A DNA stretch of 64,000 nt from Octopus sinensis. Taxonomy: Eukaryota. A model generated the notes under the pieces. The model was given only the letters and a program-made list of their open reading frames with translations. It had not been told where the DNA came from and did no database searches. Shown here in pieces: positions 35,608 through 49,392 of the stretch. Where the stretch lies: the NCBI RefSeq assembly GCF_006345805.1, contig NC_043004.1, positions 9,424,001 to 9,488,000 on the forward strand, written 5' to 3'. The first letter of the stretch is position 1, and every line of letters starts with the position of its first letter. Both the position numbers and the translations under genes were made by a program.

Positions 35608-36487
35608 AAGCCCTGACCCATCAATGGCTAATGGCCTCTGGCTTAAAATCTGAAACAGAGGGGTTTATCATAGCAGCTCAAGATCAATGCCCACCAATAA
35701 GGAACTACCAGGCCAACATATTAAAGAACGGCAGTAGCCCAACATGTCGTGTATGTCAAGAACAAAATGAAACCATTGATCATGTTGTCTCCAAGTGCAG
35801 TCTTCTAGCGCCTACAGAGTATCTCAACAGGCATGATAGAGCTGCATAATATATTCACTGGGTAATTTGTAAAAACCTGGATTTGCCCCATGATAAAAAC
35901 AGGTGGGAACACAAACGACCTCCAGTGCTTGAAAATGACCACATCTCACTCCTCTGGAACTTCACCAATCAAACTGACAGAAAGATAGATGCAAATAGGC
36001 CAGACATCATATTGAAAGACTTCAGACAAAGAACATGCCTCCTCATTGATATGACTGTCCCAATCGATATAAACGTATCTGTCAAGACCTACCAAAAACT
36101 GAGCAAATATAAAGATCTTGAAATAGAAATCAGCAAAATGTGGAACCTGAAGACTAAAACAATACTTGTTATCATAGGTAGCAAAAGGGGCTGATTGCTA
36201 CCTAACTCAGATACCAGGAAACCCCAAAATGGCAGAAATTCAAAAGATAGTGCTCATGGGAACTGCTCATATCCTACGCAAAATACTTTCTATGTAATCT
36301 CAAGGTTTAAAACAAACATAATTTTCGTTTTTTTTTTAAGACATTCACTAGTACAACACCAAAAAAACCCCCAAATATATGGCACACTAGGCATAACAAC
36401 AACGTGAACTTCCAACCTGTTGTTTCTTGAGGTATCTGGGTGAGACTTGGAGCCAACTTGTACAAATATAAAGCAAAAGTCAAACAT
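35608..36487 (+). mobile_element. R4/Dong-type (restriction-like endonuclease) LINE 3' fragment in (TAA)n
   Basis: LKSETEGFIIAAQDQ, CRVC..ETIDHVVSKC zinc knuckle, RHD, RPDII..D, LIDMTVP.D.N, KLSKYKDL; TAA tracts on both sides. Confidence 0.88.
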
Positions 36488-36505
36488 AATAATAATAACA
36501 ATAAT

Positions 36506-37026
36506 ATGGTTCTCATGGCTTCTGATCTTAACTGATTGGAAGTGTTATCATTGTACATTGTTTCGCCTTGATATAAAAGGTGGGCTACAGCAAATATCTG
36601 CTCAATACCACAGATTTGCTTGTCAGTTGTTTGACCTTCACCAGCTGAGCTTGTCCCTAAGTGGCTGAAATGTGCATCTCTGATCACAAGCAGAAGTAGT
36701 GGGGGAGCATTATAGTTATGTGTTGAAAGGAATTCTTTGGAATTTGATTAATTCACCTCTGGAAACATGGGTGTTTCATTCAACAACCTTAAACAATCCT
36801 TATTCAGGGACCTTTTGAGCGGGGTGGTCTACTTGACCAGAAGAAAATTCTAACTGGGCCCCACTTGCAAGGTCATGCGCTGTTTATCTTGATATGAGAT
36901 CACCATGTCGCGCACATATGGTTGTGAAGCATGTGCTTAGTGTACCCTTATCAGACGGATATTCATGATGGGCGTCGTATATTTTACCCTAGTGTCACTT
37001 TGATGGCATGCACTGCTCTCTCACTC
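36506..37026. repeat. ~520-bp unclassified insertion bounded by (TAA)n
   Basis: Complex sequence flanked on both sides by TAA repeats, no recognisable ORF. Confidence 0.45.
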
Positions 37027-37033
37027 AATAATA

Positions 37034-37110
<77 letters not shown>

Positions 37111-38214
37111 CTATACTATAATGGAGAGCGCTGCTTACTAATTAGGTATGTAACAATTACTAAAAGCACTAAAAGGAAGCAATTATTAAAAGCTTGAGCG
37201 TCTGGAGATATTTTTATAAATTCATGTTCTAAGAATTTGCCTATAATTTCGATTTCTGAATTTTGTCGAATTTTTTAAACTCCAAACTCTCGCAAACTTA
37301 AATATTCATTACATTCACTGCCGAGTAGATTTTGATGTTTATTATTTCGTTGCGGGCAGCATTTTACGTATTTTCATTAATCATAATTTAATAATAGCTC
37401 TATAACTTTGATACGAGACACAATTCCAAGAATATTATCAGTTTCCGGAGTTTGTTAAAATAATATTTTTGATAAAACGAAAATTCTCTAATACACCGTT
37501 ATAATAATTATTTATTTCAATAAAGAAGTGATTCTGTTGGTATGGCTACTTGGAATGCTATAAGCCTTACAATAATAAGTATGTGATCGCTGCTATTTCT
37601 AGCACGCTAAACAAGATAGTTTTTAACGAGCTTTCATCTATATACAACGAGCAGCTAAGCCCGGTTTCATCCGGTCTGTTTGGATGATGTGGCTGTGATC
37701 GTTTTCGGTTAGGCATAATCTATAACAGCGTTTGTCAACCTTATCATTTCGGGTCCCCTGTTTCGATTGGAGCCTCCAACTATATGAACATTTCCTGACC
37801 CCACCCCGTCAGAAAACAGCTTCTAAGTAACTGGTTGTTTTAATGGCAGAAGAAAGAGGGAAATTCCATTAGAAAAAGTTTTAATTGATTTTCTCGGTAA
37901 GTATGGGGATTAATAAAAAAATATATAAACTGCATTCCAATCTATGCACCTGTCTCCATATGTGTGCCATTTTTCATGCGAATCCACCCAGCCGTTTTGC
38001 TGTGAACCTCAAGACAAGAAAGAATACAACGATCGCCCATGTCCGATTGAAAAAGAAAATTTAGCAGCAAAGGTACAACGACAGAGAGAAAGACGAGAAA
38101 CTGAATCAGATAAAACCAGGGCAAAGCGACTGAAACAGAAACCTAAATATGCACGGAGACGTAGACATAGTTCTGTTTCCACTACACATAACCGACTGGT
38201 TAGGGTACCTTGAG

Positions 38215-39055
38215 AGGAGAATATTCTACTTCAAAATAATGGTGACAGATCACAAATTGTTGATGCAACACTAAAGAGATCTTTTCTTTGCGATCATGTA
38301 GAAGTAGTGGAGTTGACAACCAGTCTAAGACTTCTTACAGAAGGTCATTCTGATGAAAGAGAGTTTGCTAATTACCTTCTTGATGTAGGAAATGGAAACA
38401 TTTCTGTTGAACAAAGCCTAGGTGAATTCAAAATCAAACTACCCAATAGCCCTTGCCTTGAAAGTGGTACTCTATCAGATCTATGTGATTTTGTATACGC
38501 TGACCTCAAAAGTAACTTCACAAACCCTGTGTGGCTTGCATTTTGAACCATCGTTACTCCAACAAATGAAGCAGCACAATTTGCGAATGATTTTCTGTTG
38601 ACCAGGATCCCTGGTGAGCTAAAAATATACAGGAGCTCAGATACACTTGAAAATGAAACTCTGTACTTTCAATTGAGTTCATCACCAAACTTACACCATC
38701 AGGGTTTCCATCACATATTCTCAAACTGAAGAAAAAGACAATGCATAATGCTACTACTAATGGACATTGCAATGGCACACGCTATATCCGTGTCAGTTTA
38801 CATGATCATGTTATTGAGGCTGAGGTTCCTTCTGGTCCTTATGCAGGATCAACTCTGCTAATCCCAGGAATGCCACATGTATCTCAAGAAATGGAATTTC
38901 CATTTCCATTTACCCGAAAACAATTTCCTGTCAAGCCAGCGTTTGCCTTGACATACAACAAAGCACAGAGACAGACTTTTGAGCAAATTGGAATGTCTCT
39001 TCCGACACAGTTCTTCTCACATGGTAAGCTGTATGTCGCATTATCTAGAGTTTGA
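38215..39055 (+). pseudogene. Helitron Rep/Pif1-family helicase C-terminal fragment, disrupted
   Basis: FANYLLDVGNG, GHCNGTRY, FTRKQFPVKPAFALTYNKAQRQT, FFSHGKLYVALSRV motifs (ORFs 38307-38546, 38741-39055). Confidence 0.85.
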
Positions 39056-39109
<54 letters not shown>

Positions 39110-39125
39110 ACTACTACTACTAATG

Positions 39126-39195
<70 letters not shown>

Positions 39196-39204
39196 TAATA
39201 ATAA

Positions 39205-39715
39205 GCGAGAGAGCCGAACAATGATATGAACACAAGCCAGAGAGTGTAATGAAAAACGAACATCACAAGATACTCTGGGGTTTCAACATTGAGTGCGACC
39301 AAGTCACAGAGGCGACATGATCAGAAGTCGGGATCATCCATAAAGAGGAAAAAGAAGCAAAGGTCATAGATGTTACAATACTAAGCGATTCGGGGGTGAA
39401 ATGTAAGGAAACAGAACAGATTGAGAAATATCAGCCACTGCGGGACGAGATAAGAAAGTTATGGGGCATGAGGAAAATAATGGTGATACCGGTGGTAAAT
39501 GGAGCATTAAGAGTAGTTTCCAAGGGAATATTGGAGCTGCTGTCAGGCTCGATGTGATCCAGAAGACAGTATTGTTGGGTACAACTCGCATTCTAAGGAG
39601 AGTATTGTCTCTTTGAGTCACAAGAAAAGGCACTACTTAAAACCTTTGCTGATTTGTTATTGCCTGCTTTCAAGTAAAGAATAACCGGTAATCAAGGACT
39701 ATCAGAGTATTTCAT
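39205..39715 (+). mobile_element. Decayed R4/Dong-type LINE 3' fragment
   Basis: Remnants ENEHHKILWGFNI, KVIDVTI, EKYQPLRDEI, IQKTVLLGTTRILRRVL; flanked by TAA/CAA repeats. Confidence 0.7.
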
Positions 39716-39736
39716 AACAACAACAACAACAACAAC

Positions 39737-39764
<28 letters not shown>

Positions 39765-39767
<3 letters not shown>

Positions 39768-40275
39768 GATGGTATAGGCACACACCAGAAAAGGTCACAG
39801 AAAACGAGAAAGCAACCATACTCTGGGATACGCCGATACACACAGATAGAGAAATTAAGGCCAACAGACCAGATATAGTTGTCAGAGATCATGAAAAAAA
39901 AATGCTTTCTAATTGATGTATCAATACCGGCAGATGACAACGTGTCTCTAAAAGAAATGGTGAAACTCTCAAAATACAAAGACCTGGAAATAGAGGTAAC
40001 TAGAATGTGGAACCTGAAAACAGAAACAATTCCTATCATAGTAGGTGCATTAGGCATGATAAAAAAATATTCAGACAAATACATAACAAAAACACCAGGA
40101 CTTACAAACACATATAACATACAGAAAATTGCACTACTAGGCACTGCACACATCCTACGCAGAACACTTTCCATACAATAACCATCAGAGCATCACAACA
40201 AATCACAGCACATACTCAAGGTACACAGAGCTGCGCTCGGTAGTGAAGTGAAAGCACGCTATAAAAATAAAACTA

Positions 40276-40282
<7 letters not shown>
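39765..40282 (+). mobile_element. R4/Dong-type LINE 3' fragment
   Basis: ILWDTPIHTDREIKANRPDIVVRD and ORF 39879-40181 CFLIDVSIPADDN...KLSKYKDLEIE...IQKIALLGTAHILR; TAA flanks. Confidence 0.88.
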
Positions 40283-40330
<48 letters not shown>

Positions 40331-40344
40331 TAATAATAATAATC

Positions 40345-40563
40345 CTTTCTACTATAGGTTTAAGGCCTGGATTTTTGTTGGGAGTACCTGACTCCTTTCG
40401 GGGTCGATAGATTAAGTACCTGACTGGTACTTAATTTATCGACTCCGAAAGGATCAATGACAAAGTCGACCTCGGCAGCATTTGAACTCAGAACGTAAAG
40501 ACAGACGAAATGGCTCTAAGCATTTCGTCCGGAGTGCTAACGGTTCTGCCAACTCACCACCTT
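40345..40563 (-). mobile_element. Meta-domain SINE family 2
   Basis: Reverse complement aaggtggtgagttggcagaa...gagttcaaatgctgccgaggtcgactttg. Confidence 0.75.
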
Positions 40564-40576
40564 CAAAATAATAATA

Positions 40577-40623
<47 letters not shown>

Positions 40624-40654
40624 TAATAATAATAATAATAATAATAATATTAAT

Positions 40655-40870
40655 TGATTAAAATCTAACACATCAATGGCTACAAGGGACAAGTCTGAAA
40701 GGAGAAGCAGAAGGTTTTGTTATTGCAGCGCAAGATCAGAGCTTACCTACCAGAAACTACCATGCAAACGCCCTTAAATATGGATCTGACCCGTCGTGCA
40801 GAATTTGCAGAAAATTCACAGACACAATTGATCATGTTGTTTCTGGCTGCCCAGTCCTGGCTGGGAAATA
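40655..40870 (+). pseudogene. Short R4/Dong-type LINE fragment
   Basis: LKGEAEGFVIAAQDQSLPTRNY...CRICRKFTDTIDHVVSGCPVLA. Confidence 0.8.
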
Positions 40871-41234
40871 TGTCAGGGTATGTGTGTCTATGGAGTGCTT
40901 AGCCACTTGTACGTTAATTCCAAGAGCAGCCTGTTCCTTTCATCGGATCAACTGGATACCACCCTCGCCATAACAGTGTCACGTGCAAGAGCTGTAATTT
41001 CCACATTAATTCACAATAAACATTCTCTTTTTTCTGGACTTTTGTTGGTGTATGTATGTATGTATGCATGTACGTTCTCTTTCTCTTTTTAATTTAGAAC
41101 AAATTTTAACCGTCCGCCTACATGGTAGCCGGGTATGAAGGAAAGTGATTTGTTTCAACGATCATCTTTTAAATCTTAAGATCTTGCAAATTTTTATAGT
41201 CCCAGATATCGTGATCATTTGTAGCGCATGTATG

Positions 41235-41268
<34 letters not shown>

Positions 41269-41909
41269 TGTATGTATGTATGTATGTATGTATGTATGTA
41301 TGTGTGTGTGTGTATATGTGTATGTATGTATGTATGTATGTGCGTGTGTATGTGTACGTATGTATATATGTATGTAATTTTGTCCATTTATGCTCATAGA
41401 ATAGTAAGCAATCCCTAAATATTTATACAGCAACACCCTGACGTGCGTCAGTCCGTTTCTGCTTGTTGATGATCAGTCAGCATGTTTTAAACAGTAATTA
41501 AGCACGACTGTTGTTTTCGCCACACCCACAATTAGCATTCACCTATCAAACAATTATCATGTCGGATAAAAGCATTTTTTGAACGCTTGATCTGCGTTTA
41601 AAGAACACTATTCCATCCTAAAAACATCAAGTTTATATATACGATAAATGAATAAGTAAATTGAGTCGCGCTAAACGAAAAGCCTACATTTTACAATTAG
41701 AGATAATTCTTAACAATATTTACTTTTGTGTTTTTGTGCATGAAGCGCTCTGTTTGAAATTTAAACGTATATGTATATATGTATATATATGGAGATGCTT
41801 TTATCATTCATGGAAACGAGTTATCAGTGTTTCGGCGCATTTAAAGTTCGTCAGTGGTAAAGGGAATATCATTCAGTTGATAGAAAAAGAAAGATTAAAA
41901 TGGAGTACA

Positions 41910-41943
<34 letters not shown>

Positions 41944-41999
41944 GGTAGAAATATTAAGCAACCTAAATGACAGCCTCCATATATTTCAAGTGACTTCAA

Positions 42000-44305
42000 C
42001 CTCCCTAATGTCGAATGACCTGAAACAACCATTTCTCAGGTATTTCACTGCATGACAGCATGAACAGAGGCAAGCGGAATCTCTGCTTGACTTTGCAAAT
42101 ATGCATTTTATGGTGCAATTGTGCTCTACCGAACAAGGGGCAAAAGTATTCTGGATCTCTGCTTCACAAGTAACAGCGATTATCCTTAATGCTAAGGTGA
42201 CACCGACTAATTTCTAGGACCATAACTTGATAGACCTATCGATGTTTGGTCCGCAGGAAACTGCAGGCATGCAGGCTACAAGAAGCACACATATCCTTTC
42301 CAGAAGATAGGAAGATTCTAATGTGATGACAAGCAAAAATCTCAAACCTTCTAAAAGGGTCACTGAAGAATAGCATAGAATCCCACCTAAATCAAATATT
42401 GCTTGAGATTGAAACTCAAACACTACCGTGAAAAGCAGAGAGCAGAGAACGAAACTAGGGATGACAAAAATGTAATGACAAACCCTAAAGAGTTCTAGAG
42501 ATTTGTAAAAGAGTCTGCTTCAGTACGGTACAAGATAGGACCACTGTTCGAAGAAAATAGATCACCGAGTGCAGACCTTCAGAGGATAAGTGAAATACTG
42601 AATAAGCAATACTAAAACGTTTCCTCACCTCAGTTGGAAAACTTGCTTGATGAGTTCTTCAGCACCACATCTCTACACAAAGAGTTGGCAATTAATGATA
42701 ACATCGAAATAGAGGAAACTAATGTAATAGTTTCGAAATAATAGTTGACGAAATGAGCTTAAACTCAGCCACAAGACCGGATGGACCCTAGCAATCGTCA
42801 TAAAGAAACAGAAATGTGCTCTAGAAAGGCCACTGCAAATCCTCATTCCAAACCCCTTGTAACTGGGACACTTCCTAGAAACTCAACGAAAGGTGTATGT
42901 TCTATCCATAAAGGAGGTAACAGAGTGAATGCTAAAAATTGTAGTCATATCTTCCTAAACTCACACGTCGGCAATGTTATGGAACGCATTCTCAGGAGGA
43001 AGCTGATCACGTTCCTCCAAGGTGATGACTTGTTCTCTGACACCCAGCACCGCTTCCGTTCAGGAAGAAGCTATCTTAAACAGCTCTTGCTGCATTACAA
43101 CTGAGAGTGGAAACAACTTTTGAATCGACCTAAAGTGGATGCGATATATCTTGATTTTGCAAAGGCCATTGATAAGGTTGATTATGGGATGATATCTTAC
43201 AAGTTACGGAGACTTGGCATCGTCGGAAAACTGGGATTGTAGTTACATGACTTATTAAAAGACAGAAGTCATGTTGTGGAAGCCAATGGGGCTCTCTCCG
43301 AGGAGACAGTAATGGCGAGTGGGATGTCGCGGCTCTTTATGGTGGCGTCTTTCCGATATGCCATCAGTTACACAGATAGCCACACTTACTAGCTATGTTG
43401 ACATTACAAAATCAGTACAAGCAATCAAGGAACCTCTCGATGCTAATCTTCTATAGAAAAACTTAGATTTATAGAAATAGGATGAAGAAAACAACATGCA
43501 GTTTAATGCTGCAAAATCCCAGGCTCTCCGCTGTCAGCTTCTGCTAACACTCCTCAAAAAAGATACGTTGGACTAAAACGAGCTGAAACTAAAGTGCACG
43601 ATTTGGGGATTGATACCTCACTTCACGTGCATATCGCCAAGATGGCAGCAATGTGTAGACAAATGGCCAGATGAATTCTGAGAACTTTCAGAACAAGGGA
43701 CCAAGAAACTATGCTGGTTCTAGGGAGGACATTTGCCCTTAGCTGTCTGGACTACTGCTCTCAACTGTGGTCATTCTACAGAGTCAAATTAATAGCTGAA
43801 CTTGGGGCAATTCAGTAGTATTATACCAGGAAGATTGCATCAATGGAACAGCTGAGCTACTGGGAGAGACTGAAAGAGCTACGACTCTTCTCCCCGGAGC
43901 GAAGTCGGTAGACGTGTGCAGTGATATTTGTATGAAAGTTCCTGGAGGGGCTGGCACCAAACTTTGGAATCGAGAGTCGCACCAGCCCCCAAAATGGATG
44001 TCACTGCACGGTTCGAAAAAGTCCAATCCACCCCATCCAATGTGAGGACTATGTACAGCAATAACATGGGATTCAAATGTCCAAGGCTACAGAACATCTT
44101 TGGGATCTGCATGGAGTCGGGAAAGATGAGTTAACCTTCTGCTGCCCAAGGTTCCAGATGAGCCTACATCACAGCAAGAAGCTCAAAAGTGGGCAAAAAT
44201 ATCGAACTCCATCGTTCACAAAAAGGCAGTCATATAAGAATGGTCATTAAAAAATCTGTTAATACTACTGGCGGTGCCACATGGTCGCAGCTTTTGGGCT
44301 GAAAT
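42000..44305 (+). mobile_element. Old, heavily decayed CR1-group LINE (subfamily C)
   Basis: IHKGG, QHRFRSGRS, YLDFAKAIDKVD, NMQFNA, LDYCSQLWS, LSYWERLKEL remnants; tail ggcggtgccacatggtcgcagcttttgggctgaaa at ~44268-44303. Confidence 0.85.
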
Positions 44306-44369
44306 GCACAACAATATATATACCACACAAAATATTAATAAAGTATATTAAATACCTTACAAGACAAAT

Positions 44370-44374
<5 letters not shown>

Positions 44375-44434
<60 letters not shown>

Positions 44435-44460
44435 CATATATACATATATATACATATATA

Positions 44461-44496
<36 letters not shown>

Positions 44497-44595
44497 CATA
44501 TATACACATATATATATATATATATATAATATATATATATATATATACATATATGTACATATATATACATACATATATGTACATATATATACATT

Positions 44596-44635
<40 letters not shown>

Positions 44636-44636
44636 C

Positions 44637-44667
<31 letters not shown>

Positions 44668-44752
44668 GATATATATACATACTTATACATATATATATAT
44701 TTATACATACTTATACATATATATATATATTTATACATACATATATATATTT

Positions 44753-44811
<59 letters not shown>

Positions 44812-44883
44812 ATATATATACATACATATATATATATATTTATACATAATATATATATATATTTATACATATATATATATATA

Positions 44884-44927
<44 letters not shown>

Positions 44928-44945
44928 TGTGTGTGTGTGTGTGTA
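44375..44945. repeat. Long (TA)n/(TACA)n compound microsatellite
   Basis: Direct inspection. Confidence 0.95.
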
Positions 44946-44946
44946 C

Positions 44947-47142
44947 ACTAGAACCAGAGAGAGGAAAATTCTTATGAGACGGCGTACAAAAGTTTCAAAT
45001 CGCCTAAACAAACAAATTGAAAGCAGTGAAAAATCCCGCCTGAAAATAAAACTGCTGGAAATTGAAAAATGTCTGCAACTATCCCATGAAAAAGAAAGAG
45101 CAGACAAAGAAGCCTGGGCTATAGACAACATAAAATCTAACCCCAGAGCTTTCTACAAGTTTGCTAAAGAAACAGCTACGGTGCACTGTAGGTTAGGGCC
45201 ACTCCTTGAAAAAGATGGTACACTCACGGGAAATCCATTGAGGATAAGTGAAATACTAAATGAGCAATTCAAAAGTATTTTCACTCCACCCTTAGGGCAT
45301 TTTCAAGTCAGCAATCCAACTGACTTCTTCACCACTGCAGATATAGAATCAGAGGCAACGATGATTGATTACATCAATATAAAGGAAGACGATGTAATAA
45401 AGGTTATAGATGAAATGAACCCAAACTCAGCTACTGGCCCCGATGGATTCCCAGCAATCCTTCTAAAATTATGGAAGAGAGTCCTAGCAAGACCACTGCA
45501 GTCCCTCTTTCAGAGCTTCCTTGCAACTGGCAAACTTCCAAGAAAACTGAAGGAAGGTAAAATATGCCCCATTCATAAAGGAGGCCAAGAACTACAGACC
45601 TATCTCTCTGACCTCACACATCAGCAAAGTCATGGAGCGAATAGTCAGAAGGAAACTAATCGCCTTCCTTGAAGAAAATAATTTGCTGCCTGACACCCAA
45701 CATGGTTTCCGATCAGGAAGAAGCTGCCTAACGAGTAGTCAGAAGGAAAGTAATCACCTTCCTTGAAGAAAATGACTTGCTGCCTGACACCCAACATGGT
45801 TTCCGACATGGTTGCCTAACTCAGCTCCTACAACACTATGACTGGGTGCTGAAACGACTGCTCAACCACTCAAATGTGGAAGTGATATATCTCGACTTTG
45901 TAAAGGCCTTTGATAAAGTCGATCATGGAATGATATGTCACAAACTGCGTGATCTTGGCATAGTTGGAAAATTGGGAGAATGGCTTCATGACTTTCTGAA
46001 GAATAGAAGTCGGGTGGTAGAAGCCAATGGGGCCACTTACAATAACACACAAATAGTGATCGGTGTTCCGCAAGGCACTGTTTTGGGACGACTACTGTTC
46101 ATAATGGCTCTCTCAGACATGCCCTCAGCCACGCAGAAAGCCACGATCATAAGTTATGCAGATGATACAAAAGTTTCACAGGCAATACAGAACCCTGAAG
46201 ACACTAAGCACCTGCAATGTGAGCTGGACAAAATATACAAGTGGTCTGAAAAGAATAGCATGCAGTTCAATGCTGAAAAGTTTCAAGCTTTATGCTATCA
46301 GCATGCAAAACTAAATGCAATATCCAATAAATACACTGGACCTGGAGGGATTGCAATCCCAGAGGCACAATCAGTGCGAGACCTAGGTATTTACATGAGT
46401 AATGATGCAACCTTTCATGTACATGTTGCTAAATTGGCAATGAAATGTAGGCGGCTGACCGGATGGATTCTTAGAGCCTTTAGAACAAGAGACCAGGAAA
46501 CCATGATGGTCTTCTGGAGGACACTTGTCCTAAGCCACTTTGACTATTGCTCTCAGCTATGGTCACCATCCAGTGTCAAATTAATCACAGAATTTGAGGC
46601 GATCCAAAGAAGCTACACGAAGAAGATAGCTTCTGTGCAGCATATAAGCTATTGGGAAAGACTCAAGCGATTAAGACTCTATTCCTTAGAGCGTAGGCGA
46701 GAAAGATATGCCATAATATACATCTGGAAGATCCTGGAAGGACTTGTCCCAAACTTTGGCATCGAGAGTTACACAAATGCCAGAACTGGGCGCCACTGCA
46801 TAGTGCCAAGGACTCCAAATTTGCCATCAAGATGTAGGACAAGATACTGTGATAGTCTGTGCTTCAGAGGTCCACAGCTCTTCAATATCCTCCCGAAGGA
46901 CCTGAGAGACCTGCATGGGGTGGATGCAGATGTCTTTAAAATAAAACTGGATCTCTTCCCGTCAGGTGTCCCAGATGAACCAACTTCACGGCAGGAGGTG
47001 CAGATGAGGGCAGCTGCATCGAACTCACTCATGCACCAAATGGCAATTGCTAAAAAGCATTCGTGAAGTAAAATCATGTAGCAACACCGAATGGCGGTGC
47101 CCCAGCATGGCCACAGCTCGTGAGGTAAAACTAGATAAAAAA
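44947..47142 (+). mobile_element. 5'-truncated CR1-group LINE (subfamily B), relatively young
   Basis: ORFs 44929-45672 and 45777-47066; internal tandem duplication ~45642-45810; 3' tail ggcggtgccccagcatggccacagctcgtgag. Confidence 0.93.
45777..47066 (+). pseudogene. Open 429-codon RT/C-terminal region of LINE ORF2 (no intact full ORF)
   Basis: QHGFR, YLDFVKAFDKVDH, GVPQGTVLG, YADDTK, VRDLGI, DYCSQLWSP, YSLERRRERY. Confidence 0.9.
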
Positions 47143-47349
47143 TTTTTTTTTTAAATATCATTATTATCAATAAAAATAATAATAATTATTATTATTATAA
47201 AGCGGCTATTTTCCTTATATTTGCTGCATTAACTGTAGTGTTTATATATAGTGAGAAAGTTGTGACTTTGGAGTGCTGATTCCTCTTTCTAGTAAAACTG
47301 GTACGTTTGGTATTCTAAGATATTAAGATATACATATATATATTTATAT

Positions 47350-47545
47350 GTGTGTGTGTTTGTGTGTCCTTGTTTGTCCACCACCACCGCTTGACGACCG
47401 ATTTTGATGTGTTTACGTCCCCGTAATTTGAATGTCCGGCAAAAGAGACCGATAGAATAAGTACTAGGCTTTAAAAATATCCTGAAGTCAATTTGTTTGA
47501 CTAAAACCCTTCAAAGCTATGCTCCAGCATGGCCGCAGGCAAACA
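47350..47545 (+). mobile_element. 3' half of CORE-type SINE family 1
   Basis: cgcttgacgaccg...ggcaaaagagaccgatagaataagtact...gctccagcatggccgcag. Confidence 0.75.
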
Positions 47546-47939
47546 CATAAAAGATGAAAGATTATATATGTGTGTGTGTGTGTGTGTAACGCACATGTAT
47601 AATAAGTCTAAATACACATACATACCTTCAGTTTTGTTTGAATGGATTTACACAAGCGTGTGTGTATTTGTGAATGAAGTGAACACACATATGGGCACAT
47701 GTGTATTAACATGAATACGTGTAGCTCAATGCGCATAAAAAATTGTTCATTTAAAAGTAAATAATACATCGTTTCTTTAAATGTGTATAAATGTGTGCAT
47801 GAACGTATGATTTGTGATATATATATATATATATTTATATGTATGTATGCATGTATATATATTTATTTATATATATCTATATATATATTGATAGGTAGAT
47901 AGATAAATAGATATAGATATATACAAACTCACTGGTGTG

Positions 47940-47981
<42 letters not shown>

Positions 47982-48650
47982 AGTGAGTTTGCTTGTGCAT
48001 ATGTGCTTATATTTATATTAGACTATATAAGTTTGCGACCGTAAACACAAGATCTATAACGTCGCCATATTCAAATAAGCCATTGTTGTGTGTCAACAAA
48101 AACTTATATGATAAATGTGACGTGACTGACAATAAAGAAAATCTATTCATGCCAGGCAAATATACTAGAGGCAATGATGGCGGCCATCAAATATATAACA
48201 GCCAATATAACTACAGACATACTGAAAGTGGATATCAAATAGATAGCTATTAATTTATCATAGTCAATGATGATGGTGGCTATGAAATTTTTAGCTGCCA
48301 TTAAAACATTGATGGTTTCATGTGCTCACACGTACACACACTCCTATATACATGTATGTGTATTGAATATTCGCTTTGACATATTGATGTCGATATGCAA
48401 GGAAACGGGTGTTATATATAAATATATGCATGAATGTATGTATGTACGCCTGTATGTATATGTATGTATGTACATATCTGTTGATGGTCTTGTGTTTGCA
48501 GGTGTGTGTTTGTCCTATAATCTTCTCTGTTTGTAAACATTGTGTCAGTGTTTAAAACTTATCTGCTTGCCATGGCAGAGTTAACATATTGTAGGCTATT
48601 ATAACACATACAAATCCAAACACACAAACATACACTCGCTCACACACACA

Positions 48651-48684
<34 letters not shown>

Positions 48685-48899
48685 GACACACTGACACGCA
48701 CTCACATATAGCATGCAGTCTTATGCTTAGACATATGTGTATTTCTATTGGTATCTATTGATACATATATACGCGCACATACACACATATATATATGTCC
48801 GTATGTATATATACGTGTGTGTGAGTATATGTATATATATGTTTATAAATGTATATAGGTATGTATGTATATTTGTTTTTATATATATATACTTACATT

Positions 48900-49111
48900 T
48901 CCTACTCTAGGCATAAGGCTCGAAATTTTGGGGCAGGGGGCCAGTCGATTAAATCGACACTAGTACGCAACTGGTACTTAATTTATCGACTCCGAAAGGA
49001 TGAAAGGCAAAGTCGACCTCGGCGGAATTTGAACTCAGAACGCAGCGGCAGACGAAATACCGCTAAGCATTTCGCCCGGCGTGCTAACGTTTCTGCCAGC
49101 TCACCGCCTTA
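48900..49111 (-). mobile_element. Meta-domain SINE family 2
   Basis: Reverse complement of 6615-6780 type sequence, high similarity. Confidence 0.85.
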
Positions 49112-49344
49112 GCAATAAATGTAGTAATAACATGGTAATGTTGCCAACAGGTTGTAATTACACTCTTGTTCAATGATAGATTCAGAAAACTACATTTACA
49201 CACATACCCATGCACTTATATATACTCGCACTCACATGCGCATACAGAGACACAGTTTTTCCCTCACAGACCTACTTACAGACATACACCACCCCCGTTC
49301 ACACGCATATATGTATGTATGTATGTATAGATAGATAGATAGAT

Positions 49345-49392
<48 letters not shown>

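Noticed and set aside
38215-39055. Host PIF1 helicase gene
   Set aside because: It is intronless, fragmentary, with stops and frameshifts, and embedded among repeats, which is consistent with a Helitron remnant.
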